DNA of 64,000 nt from the human T2T-CHM13v2.0 reference genome, Homo sapiens, in the NCBI RefSeq assembly GCF_009914755.1, contig NC_060930.1, one strand, 5' to 3'. Shown piece by piece: positions 13,311-27,098 of this stretch (within the stretch, counting starts at the first letter, position 1; each line of letters starts with the position of its first letter). Position numbers and translations under genes: made by a program. The notes beneath the pieces are model-generated. The model worked only from the letters and a program-made list of their open reading frames with translations. It had not been told where the DNA came from and did no database searches.

Positions 13311-13789
13311 ACCTAGGAGGAAACAAAGAGATGTGAGACACGTTTGATGTTAATAGTAAAGTAAATTTGATTTTCTGAAATACTCCAAAAGCTTACCAAA
13401 GTTACAGTCTCAGTTTTGTATTTCCTTATTAGTGGACCTCTAGCACAAACTCTCTGTGGCTGAGTTTTTCTCTCTGCACAATTTGTATGATATATCCCGT
13501 CCATCAAATTCATGAGGATTAGAAGGGTTCACACAAACTGATTAAAAATGAGGATTCACTATAATCTAAGAGAAATATAGTTCAACGCTTTCCAACTCCT
13601 AATTTTTTTAGTTTTTGTTTTTTTATAACAAATGGATTAAATGAAAAGTAGGGGCAAGCTATTAATTGATTGCTAATTTCTCCACAGAAGAATTAGAAAA
13701 CTCAGTAAAGACGCCATTGTAATGTGAGCTTTTCTTCCAGGTTCCATTATTGTGTAGAGACCTTTTTATTCTAAAATAATTCTATGTAA

Positions 13790-13935
13790 TGACAGTAATA
13801 ACAACTAAATCTGTTTAAATGTTTTATGCATGTTTCATTTAATTCTCACAAAAACTCTAGGAGCAGGTGTCCTATTATTATTTCCATTTTATAGATGAGG
13901 AAATTGAGGCACAGAGAGGTTAAAGAATTTACCCA
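13790..13935. mobile_element. MIR
   Basis: ccattttatagatgaggaaattgaggcacagagaggttaa. Confidence 0.7.
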
Positions 13936-14811
13936 TGGTGGTCTGGTTCCACCGTCCACCTTGTTCCTCAGAACACTATGGGATAATTGTGATTTGCAGT
14001 GTTCTCTGGTTTTTAGAAGCAATGGGATATGTTGGAAAGGACCAGGAATCGGGACGGGATGCTTGAGTATCACCACCGTGTAAGAAGTCTCACTGGAGGT
14101 TTTGATAAAATATTAAGGGAGGAACATGGGGTCCTGTAGAGAAGGAGGCACCAAAGGTTAGAATATGGGGTGTCAGATTAGGCTGAAGTAAGCTGTAAGG
14201 TGTTGGGTTTAAGTAGATGAGCTGGAGTCAGTGTCTGAAGATCTCCCTGGGATAGGATGGCACAGACAAAGGCTGAATGGGAGTCAAGGGGTTGCGGGTC
14301 AGGAACAATGCAGTGTATGAGATCACAAACCAAGGGAGACCAGCGTTTAGAATCAGGGCTGAGTGTGGCCTGAGTTCTGATGTGGGGAAAGACATAGTGG
14401 TATATTTTCCCTTAGATTAGGGCCAGACCATGCAGACACTATGACCGGCCCTGAAATGCACCAGGTGGTTAGGTCCTCTGGGATATTTGTAGAGATCCAG
14501 CAGTTGGAATTTCCTGTATAGAGTTGCCCATGTAAAATTATCCCTGTTTATACACATTTGTGGATTGGTCGTGTTTTAAATATATACGTACAAGAATAAC
14601 CTTTGTCAAATTTTATTATAATTAAATTTAAGTGGTACCAAGTGGTCTCTGTGGTATATTGTGTGCCATGCTAAACACAAATGAGACCTTTACACATTGG
14701 CATAATGGCTGTAATTAAGGAGATAAGTAAAAATTATTTGGGATTGTCATGAATGAACGTTGTACCTTTTGAAAACAAGATTCCAATTTGTATTCAAGAT
14801 TTAGTTTTTCT

Positions 14812-15170
<359 letters not shown>

Positions 15171-15729
15171 TTAGACTGGTGCTTTATAATTTGGCATACA
15201 TTCTTTGGGATAGTTTAATACAATAAGGTAAAATATTTCAGAAAATGCCACATAACTCCATATTTACATATGCTTTATGAACTGTAACTCTGGCTAATCA
15301 AATATTAATGCTTTAAACAGAAAGGATAAATTTTACATAGCTTGAAACATGTAAGCAGTGAAAACTCATTCCTTAAAAATAATTTCAGTATGTGTCCTAG
15401 ATACTTTTGCTGTGGATCAGCAGCCATCCTACAAAATGAATGGTCGAAATCCTCAGTATCTGTTGTTTTCCCAAAGCAGTGCTAGTCCCTCAGGTCAGTC
15501 CTGGCCAGGTAGGTGGCCAAACTGTAGTTTTTCAAAGTAACCCAGAGAGGGTCTCTACTGATTGCCTGAGATCCCTCCTCACATCTGTTGGTTGTTAGAA
15601 GGTACAGTGGCCAGAGTGCAAAAAAAGCATCGTTCTCTAAATGCCAAGCAGTCCTCCCAAGTGTTAAGAATGCCGAGCGCTACAGCTGTAAGTAGGCGAG
15701 TCTCCCCCTGGGGGGAAGTAGATCAGGGG

Positions 15730-15985
15730 CATAGCACTGGCTGTGGAGGCAGTCAGACCTGGGCTTGAGTCCTGGCTCCCACCTTGGAACAGGTTCTTAG
15801 TGTCTCCAAGGCTTGGTTTTTTTACCTGGAAGACAGGGATAATAAAAGAACCCACTTAGTAGGGTTGTTTTGAGGAGTCAGTGAGAATAAAAGAACCCAC
15901 GTGGTAGGGTTGTTTTGAGGAGTCAGTGAGATATGTCAGCATTTTATTCAACACGTAGTAAGTGCACAACAAATATCAGCTATAG
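15730..15985. mobile_element. MIR containing a 45-bp tandem duplication (15841-15930)
   Basis: MIR core; two copies of aataaaagaacccac...gagtcagtgag. Confidence 0.7.
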
Positions 15986-16039
15986 TAGAATTAGTTGCCT
16001 CTAACTAAGGAGTTAGAGGTTAATGTCAGTGAATAAATC

Positions 16040-16650
16040 CTGTCCATTCTCCCTCTAAAAACCTGTATGAAATTCTTCTATTTCTCTCCATCCCACTGCT
16101 AATTGTTCCATTCAAGCATGATTGCTCACTGGACTACTCCAATGGCTTCCTGACTAGTCTTTTTCTGTGTTCCCTCCCCTTCAGTACATTCTCCATATAA
16201 TGTAAAAGGGATCTTAGAAAATGTCAAGATCCTGTCACTTGCTTGCTTATGATCCTGCAGTGGGCTCCCGGCTTCAGCCTACAGGGTCCTGGGTGATCTG
16301 GCTTGGCCTCCCTCCTTAGCCTCATCTGGAGCTGGCTGTATCTGGAACACTCTGAGCTCCATGCTGCTTCAGGGACATGATGCTTTCCCTTCCTTCTCCT
16401 GGCATGCTTTCTCCCTAGGTCTTTCCATGGCTGCTCCTTTTCATCATTCAGTTGATGTTTGCCTCAGAGTGGCCTTCCCTGACCACTTAGTAACTCTAAT
16501 TTGTACTATTCCATTTTATTTCTTCACTTAACATTATTTAAAATTATCCTGTCCATCATCTGTCCCGGCATTTAGAGGGGGAGCTCTGTGACAGTGGGGA
16601 CCATGTTTGACCTTCAGTGTATAGCTATGTGGGCATCTCAATAAATCCAG
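16040..16650. mobile_element. L2 3' fragment
   Basis: degenerate L2 motifs (ggccttccctgaccac, ctcaataaat). Confidence 0.55.
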
Positions 16651-18102
16651 AATGGGCGAATAACTTATTACCAATATTAACTTTTTTGGACTTTAGGTCC
16701 ATCATCCTAATGTGGATATTGGGTCCAGAAGATCTCTGAAGCGCCCCCACAGTGTAGCATGATGATCTCTGGGCACTAATGGGTCGACCTGGCCTTGGCA
16801 TTCTCTTAGCAGCTAAGAAATGTGACCAGTGATTTCCATGTGCTACTCTTTTTGCTGGTGAAGTGGCTGATGAAAGTCAGCACAGTGGAGCTCCCCAAAA
16901 ATACATCATCTCACATGCTGAACTAAATTATATTTCAAAGTAGTGGACGAAAGCTTCTTGGTATAATGCTTTTCATTATGAAATCAGTGTCTCATTTCAG
17001 AGACTCTCTTTTTTCTTTTGCCATCACATTTGCCAAAGTCCTTTAAATATACTGTAGTTGTTTTTATTTTTTAAGAAATTAAAGTGGCTTCAGCGTGAGT
17101 CATGATTATATTATTTAAATGTCATTTATGAACAGCGCATTGTTTTACTTAAATCATGCTTGGCCCAGGAGTTCTGTAACCTAACCCATTATTTTGTTGG
17201 TCAAAACAACAGCTACATCATTGAATGAAGTGTCTTTGCTGTCAAAAAGGAAAATGGAACCATAACATGAAAACTGTTTTTGATAAGGACTGGAAATCCT
17301 GAACCTGTTAATTGAAGATTTAAACCATTTGTTTTCCTCAGATATTTAAATCACAGTGCCTGCAGTTCAACTTTTTAAAGTGAGACTCAAACCAAGTCTA
17401 ATTGAAAACACTATATTTCCTCCATTGAAATAAAAATAAGAGAAAGAAAGCTTCAGAATTCGGATGTTGCCATTGGTCACAAGTATGGCTAGTGGCCATA
17501 GCTTAAAAAACTGTGATGTTCTCACTTTCCATTTCATGTCATAGAAAGTAAACAAATTCATAATGATTTCTTTTAATACAGAGAATTTTTTTATCAGCTT
17601 ATTACCAGAGAAAATTCTTGAAATAGTCACAAATAGCCGACTTTACTTCCTTTATTTACATGTAATTTTGACACGAGGTAAATCAAGTCAAACTATGTTT
17701 AGAATGTTACTTTTTCATTGTTTGTGAGCAGTATTTTTATCTTTATTATAATAAATTTTGAAATTTTACATTCATGATTATCCCAAAGAAAATTCATAAC
17801 CCAGAACAGGATGTGTCTTATCTGGCCCTTTATGAAGGGCTCATGGGTTTTTATCTTAAGAGCCTCTGGACTTCTTCTGCATTTTAATTTTCAGAAGTCT
17901 ATGAAAGTTCTGAGCATATGATTACTTTTCAAACTCAAGAGCCATTCCTAAAATGATTAACTTAAAGGTGATACTCTTATTTCTTCATAAACTTTTGGAG
18001 AGAGCTATGTTTTTGCCTTTCTCGTCTGTTGTGATGCAGAGTCTCCAACTTAGATGACTGCACTGGAAGGCTGAGTTGTTGTATTAACAATAAACATTAT
18101 AG

Positions 18103-18499
<397 letters not shown>

Positions 18500-19400
18500 T
18501 GATGCATGCTGGTTTAAGATGAGGAAGGAAACCTCACAGGACACTCCCACAAGGAGACATACAAGTTCTCTCCAGGTTGTGAATTTCTCCCTTACTTTTC
18601 CATGGGAGCAGAGCTGGTGGTTTGGATTCTCGGTGTTATCTAAGCCTGCTCAAGAAATTCACTGCAAAACTGGTGATTGTCTGTGGCCTCTTCTCTGGGC
18701 TGGCTGCCTCTAGTGGAAGAATGGTGCTAGTTGTTGATATTAATGGGGAATGTTGGAGGTCAGCCACCTGAGGGGTAATTTCCATAAGCACTGATCTCAT
18801 CTCCATGATCTCATCTCTGACCAGTTTCACAATATCTCATACTTGGAACTGCTGTTGTTGATGTGATCTGGGGGTGTGGAGGCACATGGTCCTCTCCTTG
18901 AGGTTGGTCTTTCTGTCACAAAAGTACCTCAAACTTTTGTGTAGGGATTGAGGGCCTCAAACCTATTTTCTTTTTTCTTCTTCCCTCTCCTCTCCTTCTC
19001 CTCTCTTCTTTCCTTTTCCTCTTTTTTCTTAGGTTGAATTCATGGTTAAACTCTGGCTATGTGGAGAATTTAGTCCTTAATTAAAAATTGAGGGAGAATG
19101 TCCTGGACTCTCTTGCTGATTTCTTTTGTGAACATTAATTATTTTGCTTCTCTGTGATCCCTGGCTGCCTCTGAAAAATGAGATAATATACTGCATTTTT
19201 AAAGGTTATGTGAAAACTAAAACATGATAAAATGAACTAGAGTAGTGATAATGCCTATCATTTAATTTTTTCCACTTTTGTTTATGTTTTGAACATGTAG
19301 AACATTAACATGCTTCCAAAAGACAAACTTATTTTGAGACGTATATTCAAAAGAGTGTCTCTTCTTCCCCTTTTCTTTCTCCCTACCTCTCATTGGTAAC

Positions 19401-19775
19401 TATATCAGGCGGTTCTTGCATTACTATAAAGAAATACCTGAGTCTGGGTAATTTATAAGGAAAGAGGTTTAATTGGCTCATGATTCTGCAGGCTGTGCAG
19501 GAAGCATAGCGCCGGCATTTCCCCCTAGGAAGGTCTCAGGAAGCTTACAATTGTGGCAGAAGGTGAACTGGGAACAGGCACATCACATGGTGAAAACAAG
19601 GACAAGAGAGACAGTGTTGTGGGGAGGTGCCACACACTTTTAAATGACCAGATCTTACAGTAACTCACTCACTATCTCAAGGACAGCACCAAGATCCAGT
19701 CACCTCCCACTGGGCCTTACCTCCAACATTGAGGATTATAATTGAACATGAGATTTGTGTGGGGACAAATATACC
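19401..19775 (-). mobile_element. MST-type MaLR solo LTR
   Basis: ctataaagaaatacctgagtctgggtaatttataaggaaagaggtttaattggctca. Confidence 0.8.
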
Positions 19776-19871
19776 AGTAACCTACTTCATTAGTTTCTAG
19801 ACTATCTTTTCTCTCTCTCCTTTTGCGAAAATAAATGTATACATATATGTTTTCTCATTTCCCCCCCCCAA

Positions 19872-20171
19872 TTTTTTTTTTTTTTTTAAAGACAGGGTGT
19901 CTCCCTTTGCCCAGGCTGGAGTGCAGTGGCACAATCATGGTTCACTGCAGCCTTGACTTACTGGGCTCAGGTGATTCTCCCACTTCAGCCTTCTGAACAG
20001 GTGGGACTACAGGCACATGCCACCATGCTAATTTTTTTTTTGTATTTTTGTAGAGACAGGCTTTTGTCATATTGCCCAGGCTGGTCTCAAACTCCTAGGC
20101 TCAAGTGATCCACTCGCCTTGGCCTCCCAAAGTGCTGAACCTTGGCAATAGGTGAACCTTGGCGCCTGGCC
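19872..20171 (-). mobile_element. AluJ
   Basis: cactgcagccttgac, ctgggctcag. Confidence 0.88.
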
Positions 20172-21060
20172 TCATTTCCCCTTTTTATTACACAGAAGAT
20201 AGTATATCTATATGTACTATTTTACACTTTGCCTTTTTCACTTAACAGTGTATCCAGGAAATTACTCTGCATCAGTTGACCGAGATATTCCTCATTCTTT
20301 TTTTCACAGCTGCATAGTACTCTGTCATGTGTGTGTACCATAGTTTATTCAATCAGTCTCCAGTTTTGGGGCACTAAGATTGTTTCCATTATGTTACAAT
20401 TACAGATGATGCTGTAATGAATAATCTTCTGCGTATATATTTTTGTATTGTTGGAGGTGTGTCTTCAGGGTAGATTCCTAGAACTGGGATTACTGGGTCA
20501 GAGGGTAAAGACATTCCCCTACATGGTAGTTGTAACCTTCTGAATTCCCTCTAGCAGTGGATCAGTGCTGGTTTCCATACAGCTCACCCAACAGAAGGAG
20601 TGGTCAGACTTTTGAATCTTAATGCTAATCTGATGGGAGAGAAATGGTATCTCAGTGTAGGTTTAATTTGAGTTTCTCCTGTTATGAAGTTGAATGTGTT
20701 TTCTATATTAAGATTTGTTTTTATATTTTTGTCTTTTGTGACTTATCTGTTTTGCCTTTTATTCACTTATTTTTATAGGGCTTTTTATCCTTTACCCTAA
20801 TTTTTAAAAAGTTCTTTATATATGTATATACATGTAAGTAATAACATATAAACATACATAAAAATTACATAATATTGATATTAGCTATTTATCCATCTTA
20901 TATGTTGCAAATATGGTCTTAATTTATTTGTTAAGCCTTGCTTATAGTGTGTTTTGCCTTGGAATAGTTTAAAAACTTTAAAAAAATAGTCAAATGCATC
21001 AATTTTTTTATTTTATTGCATCTGGTGCTTAGAGAGCCTTCCTCTACACCTATATTAGAG
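20172..21060 (-). mobile_element. Old L1M(E) fragment
   Basis: gtagattcctagaactgggattactgggtcagaggg, aatggtatctc. Confidence 0.6.
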
Positions 21061-21159
21061 AGTAATGCCTATTGTTTGTTGAGAGCTTTCCATGTAAAAG
21101 GTACTTACTGAAGTCTTTTCTTCTTTTATCATGTTTAATAATTGGAAGAGCTCTGTGAT

Positions 21160-21410
21160 TTACTAGGAGACAGTGGCCTTGGAGCCAGTGAGAAGTTGGC
21201 TAATGCCCAACTTCACTCCCTGTTAGCTGTGTGACCATGCACATGGTATCTGTATCCGCTGAGTTTCAGTCTCATTATCTGTGAAAAAGGGAATAATAAT
21301 AGCATCTATGTCAGAGGGTCCTTGTGAGAATTACCTGAGTTAATCCTGCAAAGGACTTTGAACAGTTCCTGACATCTAATGAGTGCTGAATGAAAGTTGG
21401 CTAATTACTG
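21160..21410. mobile_element. MIR
   Basis: tagctgtgtgacc...ctcattatctgtgaaaaagggaataataat. Confidence 0.6.
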
Positions 21411-22262
21411 CACCGTAATAATTCAATTAGAAACATAAAGGTATAATCTAATGTTCCCTTCTTCAAATTAAGCAAAGTTTTGTCATCACTTTAAATGTTT
21501 ATATTTCTTTTACCATAAGTTTTAAATATCACCATGAAACAGAGTATCTTGTTTTCTTTTTTTCTTTATGCATTTTGTTTTATTGTAACTTAAATCAGAT
21601 ACTTAAATCTAGGGTTTCTTTTGGAAAGACTCAGGGAGAAGTTTGGGACTTGAAGGTGAGAACACATTAACTGTAATTTCAAACCATTAATGCTTATGTT
21701 TAGTTAGTCAAATATGAATTTTACTTATAGTTCTGGATGCTTCTAAAATATGGTATTTATAAAGTCAAATTTGTTTATTACTGCAGTTTACTGGGGAAGG
21801 ATTTCAACATTTCACAAATGAGTATGGTTGCCAAGCTTTGCCATGTCTGTGCTGCAAAGCTCAGGCTGTGTGCCCTTACCTGCTAATAGTGGAATTGTGT
21901 AATTTTTAGAAGGATTTTTGGCTATCAGAGAGTCATTGATAATGCCTTGAGCTGGAAATGTTCCTGCTAATGGTTGCTTTTTTAGTGATAAGTTATTGCT
22001 ATCTTAACTTTATTTTTAGCAAGTTAGTTTATTGTGGGTTGTTTGGTGAATCCTTTAGAGTTTGGCCTATGTTTTCTCACACTGGACTTTGAGATCTGTA
22101 TGCATTGCTTTGCAAATATGAAACATCTGCTTTTTATTTGCAATCATTTATTTGTAACTATTTGCAAATATGACACATTTGCTTTTATTAATGCAGATAC
22201 GTGAGCCTTAACCCCCTACCTAATTTACTTCTGTAATGATACTTCATTGCCACCACTGAGCA

Positions 22263-22263
22263 T

Positions 22264-22340
<77 letters not shown>

Positions 22341-22346
22341 TTTTTT
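22263..22346. repeat. (TG)n(TA)n(T)24 compound microsatellite
   Basis: direct. Confidence 0.95.
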
Positions 22347-22713
22347 AGTGGAAACATGGAATTGGTGGGTAGGCAGGCAAGTTGGTTTTTTGGTTTACCT
22401 CAGTTGGCCATGGCCCCAAAATTTAAGAGCCACCGTTTTAGATTATTTAGCATTTCCTCCTCTGTATTGCTGGTCTAAGAATAGAAAATACTTTTATTTT
22501 CTACTTTGGCCTTAAACTTAAATTAATGATACCCTACATAGTATTTTTCTTCTGTAGCAAACAGTGCTAGATGACTAAGCATTGAAACAATTTTGATGAA
22601 CACTAGACAGTTAAATAAAAGTCTGCCTTTAATTTGCTTGCTTTTGAATGGCTAGAAGCATCATCTATGCCATAGTGATCTTTTAATTTACTTTAATTTG
22701 GGATATCACAGGC

Positions 22714-23016
22714 TTTTTTTTTTTTTTTTGAGATGGAATTTTATTTGCTCTTGTTGCCTAGGCTGGAGTGCAATGACGCAAATCTCGGCTCACTGCAACC
22801 TCTGCTTCCTGGGTTCAAGCGATTCTCCTGCCTCAGCCTCCCGAGTAGCTGGGATTACAGGCATGTGCCACCATGCCCGGCTACTTTTTGTATTTTTAAT
22901 AGAGATGGGGTTTCACCATGTTGGTCAAGCTGGTCTCGAAGTCCTGACTTCAGGCAATCCACCTGCTTCGGCCTCCCAAAGTGCTGGGATTATAGGTGTG
23001 AGCCACTGCACCCGGC
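22714..23016 (-). mobile_element. AluSq/Sp-like
   Basis: gctcttgttgcc, tgcaatg; TSD tgggatatcacag at 22699-22711 and 23017-23029. Confidence 0.93.
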
Positions 23017-23237
23017 TGGGATATCACAGTTTTTATTTTATGCATTCTGCTTGAAAAGTCCTGGCATTTTAAATTTCCAACAGCACTTAAAATAGAAAGT
23101 ACTCAATATTAGCTCTTGGTTTGATTTCTTCTTTCCCCCTCTCTGCCCATATTTCCTCAATATGAAGTCATAATTAGAAACTTTCATCCATTGCAAGTTA
23201 ATGATTACTTTGACTATCTGTCTATTTTTGTGTCTAG

Positions 23238-23319
23238 GTTACCAGAGAGAACTTCTCTATCAGAGGGAAGATGGCTCTTTCAGTGCTTTTGGGAATTATG
23301 ACCCTTCTGGGAGCACTTG
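23238..23319 (+). CDS. CD109: CD109 exon 24 ([18 protein letters not shown]...)
   Basis: gtctag| ... TG|gtaagt; DGSFSAF thioester-domain motif. Confidence 0.96.
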
Positions 23320-23703
23320 GTAAGTGTTTTTGCCAACTGAACAAATCCGTGTCATGGAATGGGCTTTCACTAGGTCACAATAGCCACGAAATTGACAGAT
23401 ATATCTCTATATATTATAGACTGGGAGGTTGCTTTTTCCTTAGTCTGGCTTTAAAAAGAGATTTTCTTTTTAAAGTATTATTTTCAAACATTAACAAATC
23501 AAATGTTTTTATTTAGAAAAGATAAGTTATAAATCCTCTTTTTTGTGTGTGTGTGTGTGTGGAAGAAACAGAAATAAAAATACTTTATGATGATGGTGCA
23601 GCTGATAAAATCAGTTAGAAATGCCGGGTGATTGTGACACAGCTTTTTTCTTAATCTTCCATGACTAATACAAGTGTTGTGTTACTGCGGTCAATGTAGT
23701 TTA

Positions 23704-23744
<41 letters not shown>

Positions 23745-24391
23745 CAAACACTGATGGAATTAAGTATGAACAGCCAGTTTCCTCCAGACTGGAATCTCTA
23801 TGTGGCTGATTTTGGATGATTAATCTCTCTTCTTGTACTTATCTTCAATTTCCTATTTTACTCAGAAAAAGATTGACTTACTGTATCAATCAGGATAGAC
23901 TAGGAGTGCTGTGGTAACAACCAACCTACTCAATCTAAGCAATTAACAATGAAGGGATTTCTTGTTCATGCTGCCTTTCCATTGTGGTCAGCAGGGGGCT
24001 CTGCAGCTGCCAACGTGTCCACGTCTCCAAAAGGAGGCTCCAGGTTTGCCACAGCCCGGAAAGAGGAGGCTGGAGTCTATAGCACTGGCAATTAGAGACT
24101 TCATCCTGAGTGTATCATTTCTACTCATTTTATCCTTCTCAGAGCTGGTCACATGGCTATGCCTAACCTCACTGGGGCAGGAAAGTGAATTCCTCTGTGT
24201 AACCAAAGTAAAAGAGAACTGTATATTATTGAATATCAGTAATGTTTACCACATGAAACTTTATATAACATGAAACAGATCTGCTTCAAATTTTCTCTTG
24301 GCCTTGGCCTGACTCAGGATATAGAACCATAAATAGAAAGCTTTCAGTGTTGTATTGCTTGATGTTCTTTTTACCTCAGTATAGTGTTTTG

Positions 24392-24685
24392 TAGCAGGGA
24401 CTGGCAAACTTTTCTGTAAAGGGTCAGATTGTAAGTATTTCAGGCATTTTGGGCCGCGTAGAGTCTCCGTTGCATGCTCTTCCCTCTTCCTCCCTCTCCT
24501 CCCTCTTTCTTTCCTGTCTTTGTCTTTTTCTTTTCCTTCTTTTAAAACCCGCTCTTAGGTGGTGGTGTTGGCAGGTGGGGGCTGGGTTGGTGCACACATA
24601 AACAGGCCCTGGGCTGTATTTGGCTTGAGGGCCAGATTTGGGCCAGGCAGATTTGGCCCACAGGCTGCAGTTGGCTAACTCCCAT
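24392..24685. mobile_element. MER58-like hAT relic
   Basis: cagggactggcaaacttttctgtaaagggtcagat ... ggcccacaggctgcagttggctaac. Confidence 0.7.
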
Positions 24686-24906
24686 TCTATAGGAGAGAAA
24701 AATATCATTTTCCCCACCTGAAGTACTACAGTTTGCTTGTGAACTATGTATGCATTCTTCACCCACAGCTTTGGGGCTGACTGAAGCGTGTTGGAGCTCT
24801 TCTTTGGTAAATATCTAGAACAGTCCAAAGATGAATAACCTTGGACAATTTATTTAACTCTCTTGGACTGTCAGATTCTCAGTCTACAAAATAATGGAGC
24901 TGGATT

Positions 24907-26572
24907 CAACAGACACATTAAAAAATGCTCATCATCACTGGCCATCAGAGAAATGTAAATCAAAACCACAATGAGATACCATCTCACACCAGTTAGAATG
25001 GCGATCATTATAAAGGCAGGAAACAACAGGTGCTGGAGAAGTTGTGGAGAGATAGGAATACTTTTACACTGTTGGTGGGACCATAAACTAGTTCAACCAT
25101 TGTGGAAGACAGTGTGGTGATTCCTCAAGGATCTAGAACTAGAAATACCATTTGACCCAGCTGTGGGGAAAAGAAAGAGAGATCAGATTGTTACCGTGTC
25201 TGTGTAGAAAGAAGTAGACATAGGAGACTCCATTTTGTTCTGTACTAAGAAAAATTCTTCTGCCTTGAGATGCTGTTAATCTGTAACCTTACCCCCAACC
25301 CTGAGCTCTCTGAAACATGTGCTGTGTCAACTCAGGGTTAAAGAATTAAGTGCTGTGCTTTAGATATGCATACACATAAACATCTCAATGCCTTAAAGAG
25401 CAGTATTGCTGCCCGCATGTCCCACCTCCAGCCCTAAGGCAGGTTTCCCCTATCTCAGTAGATGGAACATACAATCGGATTTTATACCGAGACATTCCAT
25501 TGCCCAGGGACGGGCAGGAGACAGATGCCTTCCTCTTATCTCAACTGCAAAGAGGTGTTCCTTCTGCTTATACTAATCCTCCTCAGCACAGACCCTTTAC
25601 GGGTGTTGGGCTGGGGGACGGTCAGGTCTTTCCCTTCCCACGAGGCCACATTTCAGACTATCACATGGGGAGAAACCTTGGACAATACCTGGCTTTCCTA
25701 GGCAGAGGTCCCTGCAGCCTTCCGCAGTGTTTGTGTCCCTGGGTACTTGAGATTAGGGAGTGGTGATGACTCTTAACGAGCATGCTGCCTTCAAGCATCT
25801 GTTTAACAAGGCACATCTTACACAGCCCTTAATCCATTTAACCCTGAGTTGACACAGCACATGTTTCAGAGGGCACGGGGTTGGGGGTAAGGTTACAGAT
25901 TAACAGCATCTCAAGGCAGAAGAATTTTTCTTAGTACAGAACAAAATGGAGTCTCCTATGTCTACTTCTTTCTACACAGACACAGCAACAATCTGATCTC
26001 TCTTTCTTTTCCCCACACCCAGCCATCCCATTACTGGGTATATACCCAAAGGATTATAAATCATGCTGCTATAAAGACACATGCACACGTATGTTTATTG
26101 CGGCACTATTCACAATAGCAAAGACTTGGAACCAGCCCAAATGTCCATCAATGATAGACTGGATTAAGAAAATGTGGCACATATACACCATGGAATACTA
26201 TGCAGCCATAAAAAAGGATGAGTTCATGTCCTTTGTAGGGACATGGATGAAGCTGGAAACCATCATTCTCAGCAAACTATCGCAAGGACAAAAAACCAAA
26301 CACCACATGTTCTCACTCATAGGTGGAAATTGAACAATGAGAACACTTGGACACAGGAAGGGGAACATTACACACCGGGACCTGTTGTGGGGTGGGGGGA
26401 TGGGGGAGGGATAGCATTAGGAGACATACCTAATGTAAATGACGCGTTAATGGGTGCAGCACACCAACATGGCACATGTACACATATGTAACAAACCTGC
26501 ACGTTGTGCACATGTACCCTAGAACTTAAAGTATAATAAATAAAAATAAAATAAAATAAAATTAAATTAAAA
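24907..26572 (+). mobile_element. 5'-truncated L1PA 3' end (sense to CD109), interrupted by LTR5
   Basis: ORF2 C-terminal and 3'UTR sequence, A-rich tail; TSD aatggagctggatt at 24893-24906 and 26573-26586. Confidence 0.92.
25162..26017. mobile_element. HERV-K(HML-2) LTR5-derived palindromic element (U3 start at both ends)
   Basis: tgtggggaaaagaaagagagatcag at left, its reverse complement at right; TSD cccagc at 25156-25161 and 26018-26023. Confidence 0.92.
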
Positions 26573-26869
26573 AATGGAGCTGGATTAGATCATTTCTAAA
26601 TTCCTTTTCAAATCTGAGATTTTTGAGTCAACATGGAATTTCTTGGCCAAGCCCAAGTGGAAACCAGTTCTGCCTGCTAGAGAGAGTTGCTTACCTTGTC
26701 CCTTTGCTCTTTCTTTTTTGATTTTTTTCTTTCCTTGTTCCATCTTCAGTGATTCCCCCTTTGATGAATCTTCTGATGGGGGAAAAAGTGTTGTTGTTTT
26801 GCTTGCTCGGTGTTATTTGGTGGACCTTATAAAGTGTATTTTATGTAATTTTTTTCTCTTTTCATAAAG

Positions 26870-27098
26870 GTTGTCAGCTTTTGTTTTAAGATGTTTCCTT
26901 GAAGCCGATCCTTACATAGATATTGATCAGAATGTGTTACACAGAACATACACTTGGCTTAAAGGACATCAGAAATCCAACGGTGAATTTTGGGATCCAG
27001 GAAGAGTGATTCATAGTGAGCTTCAAGGTGGCAATAAAAGTCCAGTAACACTTACAGCCTATATTGTAACTTCTCTCCTGGGATATAGAAAGTATCAG
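26870..27098 (+). CDS. CD109: CD109 exon 25 (WLSAFVLRCF...GRVIHSELQGG...)
   Basis: cataaag| ... CAG|gtattt; His codon of VIH at 27012-27014. Confidence 0.96.

Noticed and set aside
17096-17102. AP-1 site TGAGTCA as an intronic enhancer
   Set aside because: A lone 7-mer is expected by chance several times in 64 kb; no supporting data
25162-26017. SVA SINE-R or two independent LTR insertions
   Set aside because: No VNTR, hexamer or polyA tail; a single TSD pair brackets the whole palindrome
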